Positions 40,223-53,407 of a DNA stretch of 64,000 nucleotides are shown here, one piece after another. The DNA lies in the NCBI RefSeq assembly GCF_009914755.1, contig NC_060930.1, one strand, 5' to 3'. Within the stretch, counting starts at the first letter, position 1, and each line of letters begins with the position of its first letter. The notes beneath the pieces were generated by a model. That model worked only from the letters and a program-made list of their open reading frames with translations. It searched no databases and was not told the DNA's origin. Both the position numbers and the translations under genes were made by a program. Source of the stretch: the human T2T-CHM13v2.0 reference genome, Homo sapiens.

Positions 40223-43200
40223 GTCACCTTCTTTAGTGATGAACATGGAGGGTAAGCAGACAGGGAATCCTGGATGTTCTTGTTAACACATTCTTGTCTC
40301 CTAGCCGCTGTAACCTCAGCCCTGGAGTTGACAAAAGAATCTGTCCCAGTGGGCCACAGATCCTAGGGACTATGGAGTTATTGCAAAGATCCACAAACCA
40401 TTAGCAACCAAGCCTTGTCTGTTGAATGAATTAATACATCTTGGATTAAAAAAAATGTACTTTCTTCAGATAAAATTAAATACAGTTAGAATTAATAACC
40501 AATAATAAATTGAAAGGTGTTATTAAATCATAGTAAATTTGTGTCATTATGTGGTCTCAAAGAACAGAAGTGAAGAGCACAATTCCTGTCATGTGGGCAA
40601 TCTTTAAATTTTTTTGACATTAATCAGACATCCTCATACTCAAAAAGGATGAGTCACTGTAAGCACAAATAAGGTGTCTCTACCTGTTGCTGAGAGTCTT
40701 GACATACATAAACTTCATGACAACAACTTCTAGGATCCCTTCATTTCTTTCATTCAATAAAATACACTTGAGTTCATTATATTTTTATCTTCCACTGACC
40801 TTAGGGACAAATTCTGCATGTTAAGTAGGGTGGATTGAGTGCTGTGACTCCCAACTGCCTACTGTCTCTCAAAGGTGAATAGGATGGGTTGAGTACCACG
40901 GTTCCCAGTTGCCTGTCTCTGAAAGATGAATCTTGGCCTTTTCTGGCTTACATTTCAGAGCCAACACATGACAAATAGTTTAGATCTTGAGGAAGACTGA
41001 GGAAGGCTTATGGAATACTCAGCACAATTATTTTTATGGCACAGAGTGAAATAGAGATTGAATACTTACACACGTTTTGATTAGTATGTGTGTTCCACCA
41101 GGCTTACACACTTCTCTTTGAGATCTGATCTAGACACATTTTTCTAAAGACATTTCAGGTATTCCCTCTGCAGTTCATAACAGTTTATGCACTGCATTGA
41201 TACAGGCTGCTCTCAAGTTAGCAGGGGACAGGTTTTTGATGTCAACTAAGTGAAATATAGTATCAACTTCATGTAGGGTTGCTTGCTGCCATCCCCTTTC
41301 TTTCCACAATTCTGTAAACAACTTGGTACATTTTGTTGTCTAGAAATAGCCAACCTCTAAATTTAAACAGGTTGAGTATTAAATTATTGCAGTGAACATT
41401 TTTTCACATTAAAAACTGAATCACAGAATTCTTATTTGATCACCACATGTTTAGAAAAACTATTTTAATGTCACTGACATGAAGTTGTCCCAGAAACGAA
41501 AGGGTATGGGTATACACAATGTAGCAGTCATTTATCTTCATTTGTTCCTCCATTTATTCAGCAGATAGTTACTGGGTGCTGTATTCAAGGCATCTATTTT
41601 TAAAATAACCTCTGTGAAATGTTCATTTCAAAAATGTCTCCCCAGATGCATTCAAGATGCCTTCTATTTTCTCTAATCCTCTATAATTGCTTTTCTTTTT
41701 CCTTTTTTCTTTTTGAGCTGTTTTCCTTCTCTCCCTCCCAATAATAGGTCTTTATTTAACTATACTTATTTTCATCATATAAATATGCACAATATAACTA
41801 AACACGAAGTTGAAGAACATGCATATAAGACATGTCTTATATGCAATGTCTGGAAATCACTACAGTGTGTTTTAATTTTGATTGATGTACACATAGCCTT
41901 TCACATTGAAATCTAGGTAAGGTAAGTACAGCTATTAATTATGGAAACTAGTCTATATATTTGTTGGAATATGATAAATCAAGTCACCGTTCAAAGTTGA
42001 ATAAATAGTGAACACAATATAACATTAATGCAGATTAATTACCATGGCCCAGAGACCAGCCATGAGACATAACATGCTTCGCTGTCAACAACATTCAGGA
42101 TTGGAATTCCAGAGATGGCGTGTGCTACTGGCTTATGGCTGATACGTAAGAGAATCTCATCTATCTCTAAATGTTCTGCCTTAAGCCGCACAAAGGACGT
42201 ACCAGTGAACAATGAGTTACCATGTGCAGAAAATATTCTGCAAATCAAGAACCAGAAAAGTAAGCAACCCGCAAACTCCAAAACTCATTACATGATTGTG
42301 ATCTTTATTTTGAGGTGCATCTAAACTGATCTTCAAACTCTTCAGCTATACCTGACTTTCTCTGGAATACTTCTCAGCATTTTCAAACTAAACCAAAGGC
42401 TTTCTGAGTTACATAAGGAAGGCAAAATTTGGATATTTGACAAATTTGGAAGCACTGAAAATGGAGGAAATTCCGAGATGACAGTGGTTTTGGTTCTTGT
42501 GGTTCTTGTGGTTTTGGTTCTTGTTTTTTGAGGGGTGCAGAGTTGGGTTACTTAAGACTCTGTGCATGGCTCAGGCATCATTGGGCTGTGCAACACTCGT
42601 CTCATGTCCTACTTGATTTTCTTCTCCCTTTCCTCCTCTATTCCCACTCTTCCCTCGGCAGGTTCCCACTCTAATGTGTCTGATTTATATGTTTGCTATT
42701 AATGTGTTCTTATGAAGTGGAGTGTGCTGTGTGTATTCAGGTGATATAAATGGTATTGTGCCACTCCAGATCTTGTATTTCTTACTTTTTCACTCAACTA
42801 TGTGTTTTAAGTGTCTACCCAACTTGTTCATGTGTGAGTGCATTGCTTCCAACTGTCGTGTGATTTTCATTAGGCCATACCTGCTGTGTCTCTGGTCTCC
42901 ATCTTCCTAATGATGGGCACCTGGGTTGCCTTCAGTAATTGTGATCGGTGTTTTCATACATGTCCTTTTCTGACCTGCGTAAGGCTCTCCATGGAGTTCA
43001 AGGCCTAGAAGCGGATCCCTTGGGTCCTGGTGTGCAGGCAAGCTTTGGACCCTGAATAACGCCAGCTTGCTTTCTGTGTCTACCGCACTAGTGGGACTTG
43101 TGGGTCCCTATTGTCTACATCTAGATTTAGTATGCTCCAGTTTCCTAATTTTTCCAGCCCCCTCAGTGCTTTAAGTTGCACATCTCTAGTTACTGGAGAT

Positions 43201-44581
43201 TCTTTGTACCTTCACTGGAGCACTTGGAAAACAGAAGAAATCAAAGGGCAGTCAGGACTCTCCCAGCAGGCAGGGACCAGGTCAGAGTCAGGATGAAGAC
43301 AAAGCACCCTGAGCAAGCAGCAATGGAAGAGATGCTTGTGACCCGAGCTGATGGGGAAGGTTGAGGGCAACGCAGAGACCCCACTGCCGACTTGCCAAGA
43401 AAACGTGCAGGAAATGAGGGAAGGCTCCATTTTCCTGAGAAAAGGGATGGAGGAACATAGGCAGCATCAAGCTCCAGCTACTGGCTCTTTGAGAATGTAG
43501 TCGGGACTTGCCCCAGTCACCCTTGCCCTGAGAACTCAGTGACTGGGGCTAATGTCACCCTGGCTGTCCTTGACCTGTGCAGAAAGCACTGCCAACCCTG
43601 GACAGTGGGGGAAGGGCCTTATGTGCCCAGGCCCCAGCAGGAGACACCTACCAGGAATCTAGTGGGACAAGGTTTCAGGGATCCTGGAATCCTGCCCACA
43701 CCCAACAGCTGGAACAGTTCCCTCAGCTGGCGAGTGGACAGGTGGTCTGATGAGCTCATATGTTATTGATGATGATGTTAAAGACCATGTTCCCATAGAA
43801 ATAATTCCCAAAGCATTCAGAAGACTGAGAAGAAGTGATGATAAGAATTGTTCTGGGCAGGAGTGTGTAGTTTTGATTTTTACTTGTGATAAAGCAGAGG
43901 ATTTGCTTGAATTCACTCAAACTTGCTTTTTCTCTCTCTTCAAAACAACTTTGGCTGACCAGTGTCTCATAGACACTCAATTTGCCTTTTCATGGAACTC
44001 AAAATTTTGTGTATCCATACATGCTACCATAGTTTCAGGCACTGGGCATTTCAAAAATGTGATATTTAGAACCTTTCTATTTCCGTGATGACTGTTGGCA
44101 TAGATGCTGCTGGAGATTTCGATGACATGTTGGATTCAGTCCACGCAAGTTTTGATGCATATTCCCTTAATTTCTGAGCCTTTAGAGTTAGAGTTTTAGA
44201 ACTGAGAGTACATTCTCTTCTTTTTTCCTTTCTCCTCTTATGTCAACAGGCTCCCTTCCCCACCCCCCCACCCACACACACAAACAAAAATTAAAAATAA
44301 AACGCTCTCAGCTTTGCTTTTAAGAAATGAAGAAATGTTCCAACATGTGACCCACAGCTGCAATCCGTTCACCTTTGCCAATACTGAGGCTGCCCTCTGG
44401 GTCCCTCCTGGGACTGCATAGATAGAGGCCCATTTGCTGTTCTGGGCAGCATGCCCAGTCATCTAGGAGGTGGGGGACTGGGGCACTCTTTCAGGCCAAC
44501 TCAAACTAATGGAATAAAATATCTTCTCCATGCAGTGTCTCAAAGAAAGAGCCACCTGGGCTGCAGGTGACCAGACTCGCT

Positions 44582-44898
44582 CAGTGCAGCACGGTAGCTC
44601 CTAGCCTCATGTGCAGTCAAACACATGAGATGTGGCAAGTCTGAACTGAGATGTGCTATCAAGTAAACTGTACAATGGATTTCAAAGATTTAATAGGAAG
44701 CAAAGAGTATGGAACGCCTCATGAATAATTTCATATTGGTTACACCTTGAAATGATCATGTTTTGGATCTATTGGATTAAATGAAAAGTATTATAAATTA
44801 ATTTCCCCTGTTTCTCTTTATGTTTTTTAATGTGGCCACTAGAAAATGTAAATGTACTCGTGTGGCTCACATTATATTCTTACTGGACAGCATTGGTC
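44582..44898. mobile_element. MER3/MER33-like hAT MITE
   Basis: gtggcaagtctgaactgagatgtgct...atgtggccactagaaaatgtaaa...gtggctcacattatatt...tggacagca. Confidence 0.75.
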
Positions 44899-45739
44899 CA
44901 GAGGACTGGGATTTATTTTTAACTACTTTAATAAACATCAAACATTTGTGATAATTTTAATACAAATATTTCCCCATCGTATATGCTCTTGCATGGTAAA
45001 TATTTTATCTACTCTTGTTTTAAAGGATAAGGAGGTTTTCAAAAATTGCCGAAGTACTACAGGTAATTTGGCAAATTCTCTTTTATGGGTACCAGATAGT
45101 GCTATTTCCACCCAGAAGCTGGCTACAGCTCTGTAATGTGACATGCTTACTCCTGGCTATTCTGGGCTGGTCCTCGTCTGACTAATGAGCTCATTATCCA
45201 CTGGGCAGTGGGATGGAAGGACATGAGCACCTCAGCTGTCACTGCCGAGCTTCCTCCCAGCCCCACCAGGCCCTCTGGTTCCTGATGCTTGTCTGTAAGA
45301 CCAATGGGTACTTTAACTTTTGAAGGTGGTTTCTGGTTCCCCCAATCGGTGAGCCCAAAGACCTCAAATAACATTTTATTCACACAGACTTCTTAGAGAT
45401 GAAAAGTTTCTAGAGAGCAGAGCTTTTAGGGAACTAGTGATGATGCATTCACTGAATAAATCACAGTATTATACTCAAGAGCAAATACGTTTTCTTTCTT
45501 ATTGGTGTCATCTTTCCTTGTGAAATACGGCAACTGATGAAGAAGTCTCCTATTGAGAATAACCAGACGAAATCACAAGGCTAGACAAGCAGCTACTAAC
45601 ACCATCCCCTTCCCCCTGCCCATGGTAAACCCTGCTGGCAAATGTATTTCTCCCTCCTAAACCTGGGAGGACTCACGTTTCTGCACCCAGAGCCCCAGGT
45701 GGAAGTAAACAATGGGAGTGAGCCGATGAGGTGGGATTG

Positions 45740-45890
45740 CTGTTCCTTGACTCTTAGTGCTTCTCATGCTAGTCTCCTGGGGATGCAGTTAAAATGCAGA
45801 TTCTCTCTCTAGATCTGGGGCGGGGCTTGTTCAGCAGGCTCCCAGGGGAGACCAACGCTGCTGACTTGTGGGTCATACTTTGAGTTGCAA
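45740..45890. mobile_element. MER5-like MITE remnant
   Basis: gttaaaatgcagattc...caggctcccaggg...catactttgagttgcaag. Confidence 0.55.
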
Positions 45891-47004
45891 GGTTGCGTAC
45901 GTGGTATTTGCCAGTGTGCACATTCATGAAAAAGTATCCTGCCTTAAGCCTGGTAGATCCACAGTTCCAAATCAACATTAAATACATCTGGTATACTTAA
46001 GAAAATTCAACATAAAAAGAAATCCATTTCTTAAAAAAAAAAAAGGCAGAGCAACCATTCTCTTTATCTGAGGACCTTTAAAAGCATCTGCCTTTATGTG
46101 TCACAGCATTAGCTACTAATTACTAAAGGAAAAAGTGCTGGGTGAATTATCACCTGAAAATAAAGTAACTCTCAAATGTTATAAAACATAAGATTAATGT
46201 TGACAGCCTCTGTTACTATGACATATTGTGTGCCAGGTGTGTGTGTGTTATAGGTGCATATATGTATATATATACACACTTGTATGTATCTGTGTATATG
46301 TACACATATCTATGTATCTATATAGACAGATGGGTTATTTAAATGAATTTTCAAAACACTAATAAGGTGTGATTTGATAAATGAATAATATTTAATAATA
46401 ATATTAAAATAATATATTTGAATATTATTATTCTCCTGCTACTGATGAGAAAACTAAGGCTCAAACAGTTTAAGTAACATGCTAGTAAAAAAATGTTCTG
46501 AGTAGAATACCACATGTCTGGCCTAACCCTGACTGTCTTTTTTCTGACCCGAGACCAGTCCTCCACGTGGGGAGCTCTGAACACCATATTTATAACAGAT
46601 GGTTATTTATAATGTCTTTCTCTTCTTTGGCAATTTAAATGAAGACGTCAACTTGAAGAAATGTTTCACCAGGAAGAATTGCAAAGAGAGCTGAATTAAT
46701 CAAAGAAAGACGAATAAAGTGTTCTTTTAATATGGAGTACATAATTGTTGATGGAAAACACAGTCTTGGCAGAATTAAAAGATAATCAAAGAGATGAATA
46801 GGGCAAATAGCAATTCAGCTCATTAAATAAATACAAGGAAACTAACCTCTGCAGTTTAACCTTGAGCGATACCTTTTCCCATGAATAGAGAGTGTCGATA
46901 CTAGGCAACAAGCCTCCGAACAGATAGTGTTACCCGGAACATCACCCTTTTCTCCCTTTGCTTCAAATCAAAACCAGCATCCCCCATTTAGACAGCATAA
47001 AAGG

Positions 47005-47340
47005 TATGACAAAACGGGACGCCAAGTGAGACACTGTTGATTCTGTTTCTATGAAATTCTAGAAAAAGCAAAACTGTCATGACAGAAAGCAGATCTGGGT
47101 TTCCAGAGCCCAGAGTGGGGGGAGGGGACTGACTTCACTGAGACACAAGGAAACTTTTGGGGATCATGGAAAGGGTCCGTACCACGGTTGTGGTGGTGGT
47201 TATAAGACTATATATTTGTCAAAAGTCTTCAAAGTGTGCACTTAGAATTGCTGAAGTTTATTGTACATAAATTACATGTAAATATCATAAAGTGCATGTA
47301 AATGGTATGTGAGGTAATAAAGCAATTTTTTAAAAACAAT
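47005..47340 (+). mobile_element. Old L1M(E) 3' fragment
   Basis: tatgaaattctagaaaaagcaaaact...gaaacttttggggatcatggaaa...tttattgtacataaatta. Confidence 0.65.
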
Positions 47341-48615
47341 TTTAAACCTGGTATAGCATTTTGTTTTTTTGTGTGTCTGACTCAGACCAGGCAAAATTTA
47401 GTAACCCTTTGGCAACAGAAAATCAGCACAGATATAGAGCTAGAAGTTATTGTAAAAGAATAATAGTGGCGGCCGCCACGGCGCAGGAGTTGCCAAGATT
47501 TTCCTGGATGAATTCCATCCAAGATACGGTTTTAAGTCTCTCAAGGCCTTTGGATGCCTAGAAAGTGGGTCATCTTTCAGAATATCTGCGTCACTGTGGA
47601 GATGTTAGTAAATCAAAGACCAGCTGGATTTGTCCTTAAATGTAGCAAAATATGTACTTGCTTGGAAGTACTCTTAATCCTTTCATTCACTGGACAGGGA
47701 AGACTGGTTTCACAGTCCTGACTCCCTTCATTCGTTATCAACACCTCGTATTTTTTTTTTGGTAGATGATATATATGAGGCAGTAAACTTGTGGTCTGGA
47801 AAAGCAGAGATCATATTACCACTCTGTTTTAACTTCTAAAAGTTTGAAATTAAGACTTATACCAGGTATTTTTATGGAGTGGATTGGAGTATAGAAGCAA
47901 TTATTTTAACTATTTGCTAAAAAAAAATTGCCTAAAATATTCAGTTATTAAAGGAAAAGCATTGTTCTGGATTGGATTCTTCAGATAATTCTGCTTTTGG
48001 CAACAAGTAACAGAAAACCAACTTAAATAGGTTTGGACAATAAGGACATTCACTGGCTCGTGTGTCTGGAATTCTAGCAACAGCAGCATTCAGGGTTGGC
48101 CAGACCAGGATCTCAACAATCTTATTAAACCATGGTTTTCTTCTCCTCTCTCCACTCTGTTGACAGGATAGCTTCATCTTAAGACTTGTTGTCTCATCAG
48201 TGTAAGATGACTGCTAAGTTGTATGTGAGCCCACAATTTCCTCATTCATTCCTTGAAGGAAGAAAAAAGATTTCTTCAGGAACTTCTGACTTAAAAGCAA
48301 TGAAGGACTTTCCCAGAAGTCCATTTCTCATTGGCCCGAATTGGGTTGTATGCCCATTTCTCATTGGTTCAAATTGGGTCACGTGCCCAGTCACTGACAT
48401 GGAGGATACGATTTCCCTAAACTAATCAGGCCTCCCACTACAACTAGAAGGAGACTCAGCTCCCACAAACATATGAATTGATGGTGCGGGAGAGTGTAGT
48501 GGGAATTCTGTTAGGAAAGAGAAGGAAGTCAACAATCGGGTACGCTGTGTCTAATTTAAGTCCATGACTTTAAAAGTGAGCTTTTTTTTTTGTTACAAAA
48601 ATAATGTAGGCTTAA

Positions 48616-48870
48616 TTTTTTTTTTTTTTTTTGAGACGGAGTCTCCCCGACACCCAGGCTGGAGTGCAATGGCACGATCTCGGCTCACTGCAACTCCGCC
48701 TCCCAGGTTCAAACGATTCTCCTGCCTCAGCCTCCCGAGTAGCTGGGATTACAGATGCCCACCACCAAGCCCAGATATTTTTTGTATTTTTAGTAGAGAC
48801 GGGGTTTCACCATGTTGGCCAGGCTGGTCTCGAACTCCTGACCTCGTGATCCGCCCGCCTTGGCCTCCCA
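48616..48870 (-). mobile_element. AluS-type SINE, slightly 5'-truncated
   Basis: T-tract plus antisense Alu ending at cctccca. TSD taggcttaattttt. Confidence 0.94.
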
Positions 48871-49169
48871 ATGTTAGGCTTAATTTTTAATTTTCAGAGA
48901 TTATTTGTAGCTGAAAAGAAGAAAGTAATTAATGAAATGATACGGCATACTTTTAAACAATAAATATCATATTCTACATACTGCAGACACATTACCGCAT
49001 AATGGTTAAAAATACAGACTTTGCTATCAACCTCCTGGTTCATCTTCTTACTGTCTGTGTGTCCTCCTTGGGTAAGGTACATAGCTTTCCTCCACCTCAA
49101 CTTCTTTCTCTCTGTAATAGGAATGATAGTAGTATCTGTACAAGTTGCTCCAGCACTAAGCCTCTCATT

Positions 49170-49378
49170 CAGGGGTCAGCAAACTACAGCTTGCAGGCCA
49201 GACATGCAGGCAACCTGTTTTTGTAAATAAATTTTATTGGAAGCCATTTATGTATCGTCTATGACTGTTTTCACACTACGATGGTAAAGTTAAGTAGTTC
49301 CAACAGAGGTCTTAGAGCTCACAAAACCAAAAACATTTAATATATAGCCCTTTGCAGAAAACGTTCGCCAACCTCTAG
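49170..49378. mobile_element. MER58A-like hAT MITE
   Basis: caggggtcagcaaactacagc...tttgtaaataaa...ccctttgcagaaaacgttcgccaacc. Confidence 0.8.
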
Positions 49379-49584
49379 GTTAATACATAAGATCTTTATT
49401 TTCTTGTCAAAATCTAACATGTCATAATTCTGTGGTCATTGAGTGACTGGAGATCTGCCAGAGAAAGGCAATTATCTACAGAGCTAACATGAAAGCAAGA
49501 GATGCTCCTTTATTTTATCACTTAAAAACAGTGAAGAATCATGAACAACTGAAAAATCTACAAATGTGTTTAAATGTCAAATTA

Positions 49585-49699
49585 GGCTGGGCATGATGGC
49601 TAATGCCTGTAATCCCAACATTTTGGGAGGCGAAGTCAGGAGGATTGTTCAAGCCCAGGAGTTCAAGACCAGCCTGGGCAACACAGCAAGACCCTGTCT

Positions 49700-49746
<47 letters not shown>

Positions 49747-49910
49747 GCTACTAATAAGCCAGGTGCTGTGGCATGCACCTGTGGTACCAGCTACTCAGGA
49801 GGCTGAGGTGGGAGGATTGCTTGAGTCGGGAGGTTGAGGCTGTAGTGAGTCATGATTACACCACTACACTCTAGCCTAGGTGACAGAGAGAGACCCTATC
49901 TCAAAAAAAA
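49585..49910 (+). mobile_element. AluJ-type SINE with a (TAC)n expansion in its linker
   Basis: Alu dimer whose middle A-rich region is replaced by (TAC)~17. Confidence 0.93.
49701..49752. repeat. (TAC)n trinucleotide microsatellite
   Basis: tactactac... with one tgc interruption. Confidence 0.97.
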
Positions 49911-52900
49911 TTTTTTTAAATTTTTTTAAAAAGTCAAACTATCTACCTGAACTGACCAGAGATCTTGAAATATGTGATGTAGGATTTCCCTTCAACTCTG
50001 GGATGTTGGAACTGGAAACTTGAGTGAGAGTGAATTTGTTCACACTCATAGCTAGTGGATAGAAGTCATAGCTCTCAGCAGAAGTCTGAAGAGGAAATAA
50101 AAGAGAGCCAGTAATAAATTGCTGTGAATATTTCTTTTGAAAAGCAAAGAAAAAAGTATTGCCACCTGTGTGTGCTGAATGGACAGTGGTATTGATATGT
50201 AGACAAGGGATCCTGTCAGGGAATCCCTGGAGAGAGAAGAGTCTGAGACTGACACTGCCCGGCAGCCCCAAGTCTGAGTTGTGGAAAAGCCCTCAGTAAA
50301 AGGAAAAACTCATGGCAACGAGTTGGTGGTGATACTTTCATGGAGGAACATTGTCCTTGCAGGACGGGTGGTTTTAATCCTGAATTTAAAGATCTTTAAA
50401 ATCTAAATTATCTAGTCAAATTTTTTTCATAAAACAATGTTTTAATTAAAGATTCAGTTTTAGGTCAAGTGCACAGTGTCTTTCTTTAAAAATATTTAGA
50501 TGTGGCCATCAACTATCAAGAATGTTTCTAGAATGAAATATATTCAGCAGTGCTGTGTGGGGATCAGGAACACAGGCTCCACCAATCAGTTGCCTGGTTT
50601 CAATTCCTGGCTGATTTACCTGTGTACTATTCACTCCTGAAAGTCCTAAGCCTTGTTTTCCTTATTTATAGAATAAGATTAACAGAAGTACTAACTTTAT
50701 AGAGCTTTGATGAGACTTAAAATAATCCACGTAAAGTGCTTAGTCTAGAATCTAATATCACACACTCCATAAACACTAGCCATTTTAATGTATTAACACA
50801 TAGAAATGAATTGTAGAAAACATTTTGGCAACAAACTATACCATAATATATATTTGTAATCTATGGAGTTCCTATCTTTCACTTTTGATATTCCTGTCTT
50901 GTTTTTTGAGCAGCAAAGGTTAAGGTAGACACAGAAAAATCCCTCACTGGGGTCTTCAAATTTAGAAGGTTAGCTCAGGGGTCATCTTAATAGACATTAT
51001 ATTAGTTAAGATCCAGGTCAACTTGCTAATGAAACAAGGCCCCAAAAATACAGTGATGAAAAAGATAAAAGTGTCTTTCTCTCTAGCACACGCACACAGA
51101 GGTGAGCAGCCAAGCTCTAGTGAGGCAGCTCTACTCCATGAGTTCCATTTATCTTGCATCTCCACCATCGCCTACACAGGTGGTATGGTTGAAGCTCACC
51201 AGCATCTTCTTCCAGCAAGTTATTACCTTTTTAAATGCAGAGACCTAGAACTTATACACATGACCCCTACAACCACCTCATTGCTGAGGTCTTAATCACA
51301 GTGCCACTCACAGTTGAAAAAGAGGATAGAAAAAATGACTGTCACTAGGCTGCCATATGCCCAACTAAAATTCTACGTATTCTCAAAAGAGGGAAGGGAA
51401 GCATGGATGGTGGAATCCATCAGCAGTCTTCCACGGCGATTGTCATGGAAACTATTGTTTTGTTGACTCTAGACACTATTGATTTTAAGACACATAGTCA
51501 TTTTATGTACCACTAAGTAAAGGAAACCATGTTGTTTAAACTGGGACACATTTCTTTCTTACCAGCTCAGTTGTAGGACACCTTCCAATTAAGAGATGTT
51601 AAAATGTAGAAAACCAATGTGTCTTGGTATAGAAGAAATACAGGATTGTGAAGACTTTGGAAAAGAAAGTGACCAAAGGCATTCATTTTGCAGTCTACTT
51701 TTGTGTGTGTGTGACTTTCCTTGGAGCAAAGATAGGCATAAGATATCAAGCTTTGGTTGATCTATTGAATTTACTGTTTAGAATCTGTGATTGACAAGGT
51801 ACTATCAGTGTGTGTATGCTCTAAGTCAAATTCCTGTGATTACTGGTAGAGAGACTTTAGCTCAAAGCTTTGGGGAAAATGTGCCTAGATTTTCATTCAA
51901 TCTGGGCCAAATCTGGAGTTGTACAAATAGATAGCATCGGTCTTGTCCTTAGTAGCCAGCATTTTTGTTTAATAGGAGGAGAGAAACCCAGGACGACACT
52001 GAGGAATAGATATGACCAGGGCACTTGACTTCTTGTTTCAGCACTCAGTCATTACACAAACAGTTGTTGAACACCAGGCACTTTGCTTGGTGTGACAATG
52101 CACTCCCGCCTTCCAAGAGCTCCAGACCCACAGGGGAGTGCTGTTGTACAGGTGCTAGGATAGAGGTCCGGGGAGTAGAGGCAGAATTTGGGAGCCATCA
52201 GTTCTATCTGAGGCTAGGAAAGGCTTCCCAGGGGAGGTAAAATCAGGACTGAGGAGGTCAAAGAGCCCTCCATGCAGAGGTAAGAGACTGACAAGCACAG
52301 GAAACTGGAGCTGCGGTCACTGCAGGGTATCATGCTCTGATGCTTCCGCATGTTAGACTGGAGGCAGGATGTGGGGATTGGGGGGTGTCCTCTCCAGCTT
52401 CGCTTTTTTCAGTGTTTTGTATGTAGTTGGCCAATAGCAGTATTTGTTGAATTGAATTGAAAAGACCAGTTTCTTGGATGGCCAGCTAGAGATGAGCTGA
52501 ATTTTTCTGGATCAAAAAGATGTTAGATTACAATAAATGGGCAAAAGCAAAATAATACCTTTGGTGCTTACTCTTAAACTTAACATTACTCTATTTTGTT
52601 TGTGAAAGTCAGATTTGAGGATTTAGTTTATAAAGAAACCCTTAATTGGTTGGATCCCACTTGCTTCACCCACCCTGACTCTCATTTCCCCCAATGTAAT
52701 AAATGTGCATATGTATTTAGAACATACAGAGCAGTTTAACATAAAGTACTGAAATTATCCTAAGAACAGATTCTCAGTGCAGCAATCCTATCTTTGTGAA
52801 TTTGATGTGTTCTAAATGCAAGAGCAGAAGTGTTTTAATTGTCAGGTTTTAAGATATTATGAAAGCCCCTAGTCACTTCAGTAAGATCATTTGATTCTGG

Positions 52901-52975
52901 TTAATGACAAGTCTATACTATGCAGGTTTTTTTTTTTTCTGTCTATTGCTACTGAAATCTGCTTTTCTTATATAG

Positions 52976-53073
52976 ATCACTGTTACAGATGAGGAAGTTA
53001 GTAATCCATCCTTTTTAGATCTGGTGAGAACTCCCCAAATGAGGAAATGCACACTTATTCTTATGTTTGCTTG
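52976..53073 (+). CDS. SLC22A3: SLC22A3 exon 6 (98 nt; [33 protein letters not shown])
   Basis: Acceptor ttcttatatag|ATCACT and donor GCTTG|gtaagt. Contains the SFLDLVRTP motif typical of OCTs. Confidence 0.98.
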
Positions 53074-53192
53074 GTAAGTTTGACTTGTGATGGATTTAAA
53101 AGCTTGCGTTAAATTTACAATACATCCCTTCCTTCAAATCAGCTTGAAGTTATCTCTTACTTGTTCTCTGGTGTCTTTCAATGTTGCTACAG

Positions 53193-53407
53193 GTTCACAA
53201 GCGCAGTGGTGTATCAAGGACTTGTCATGCGCCTGGGAATTATAGGGGGCAACCTCTATATAGACTTTTTCATCTCGGGCGTGGTGGAACTGCCAGGAGC
53301 TCTCTTGATCTTACTAACCATTGAGCGCCTTGGACGACGCCTCCCCTTTGCAGCAAGCAATATAGTGGCAGGGGTGGCATGCCTTGTCACTGCGTTCTTA
53401 CCAGAAG
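53193..53407 (+). CDS. SLC22A3: SLC22A3 exon 7 (215 nt; [10 protein letters not shown]...AFLPE)
   Basis: Acceptor gctacag|GTTCAC and donor AGAAG|gtaatc. Overlaps ORF 53161..53448 and contains the ERLGRR motif. The preceding intron is only 119 nt. Confidence 0.98.

Noticed and set aside
39077-40246. ORFs with strong protein-like sequence (also 25425-25796 and 18287-20919)
   Set aside because: They are L1 ORF2 fragments from truncated or decayed LINEs, not host genes.
48321-48380. ~31-nt tandem duplication ccatttctcattgg...aattgggt
   Set aside because: It lies in what looks like an old LTR remnant and is likely a trivial slippage event.
49539-49806. ORFs with poly-Val, poly-Tyr or poly-Thr tracts
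   Set aside because: They are translations of the (TAC)n microsatellite inside an Alu.
53072-53192. In-frame stop immediately after several donors (TG|gtaa, CG|gtaa, AG|gtag), including the short 119-nt intron 6
   Set aside because: This follows automatically from the GTRA/GTAG consensus in phase-2 introns and is not a special mechanism.
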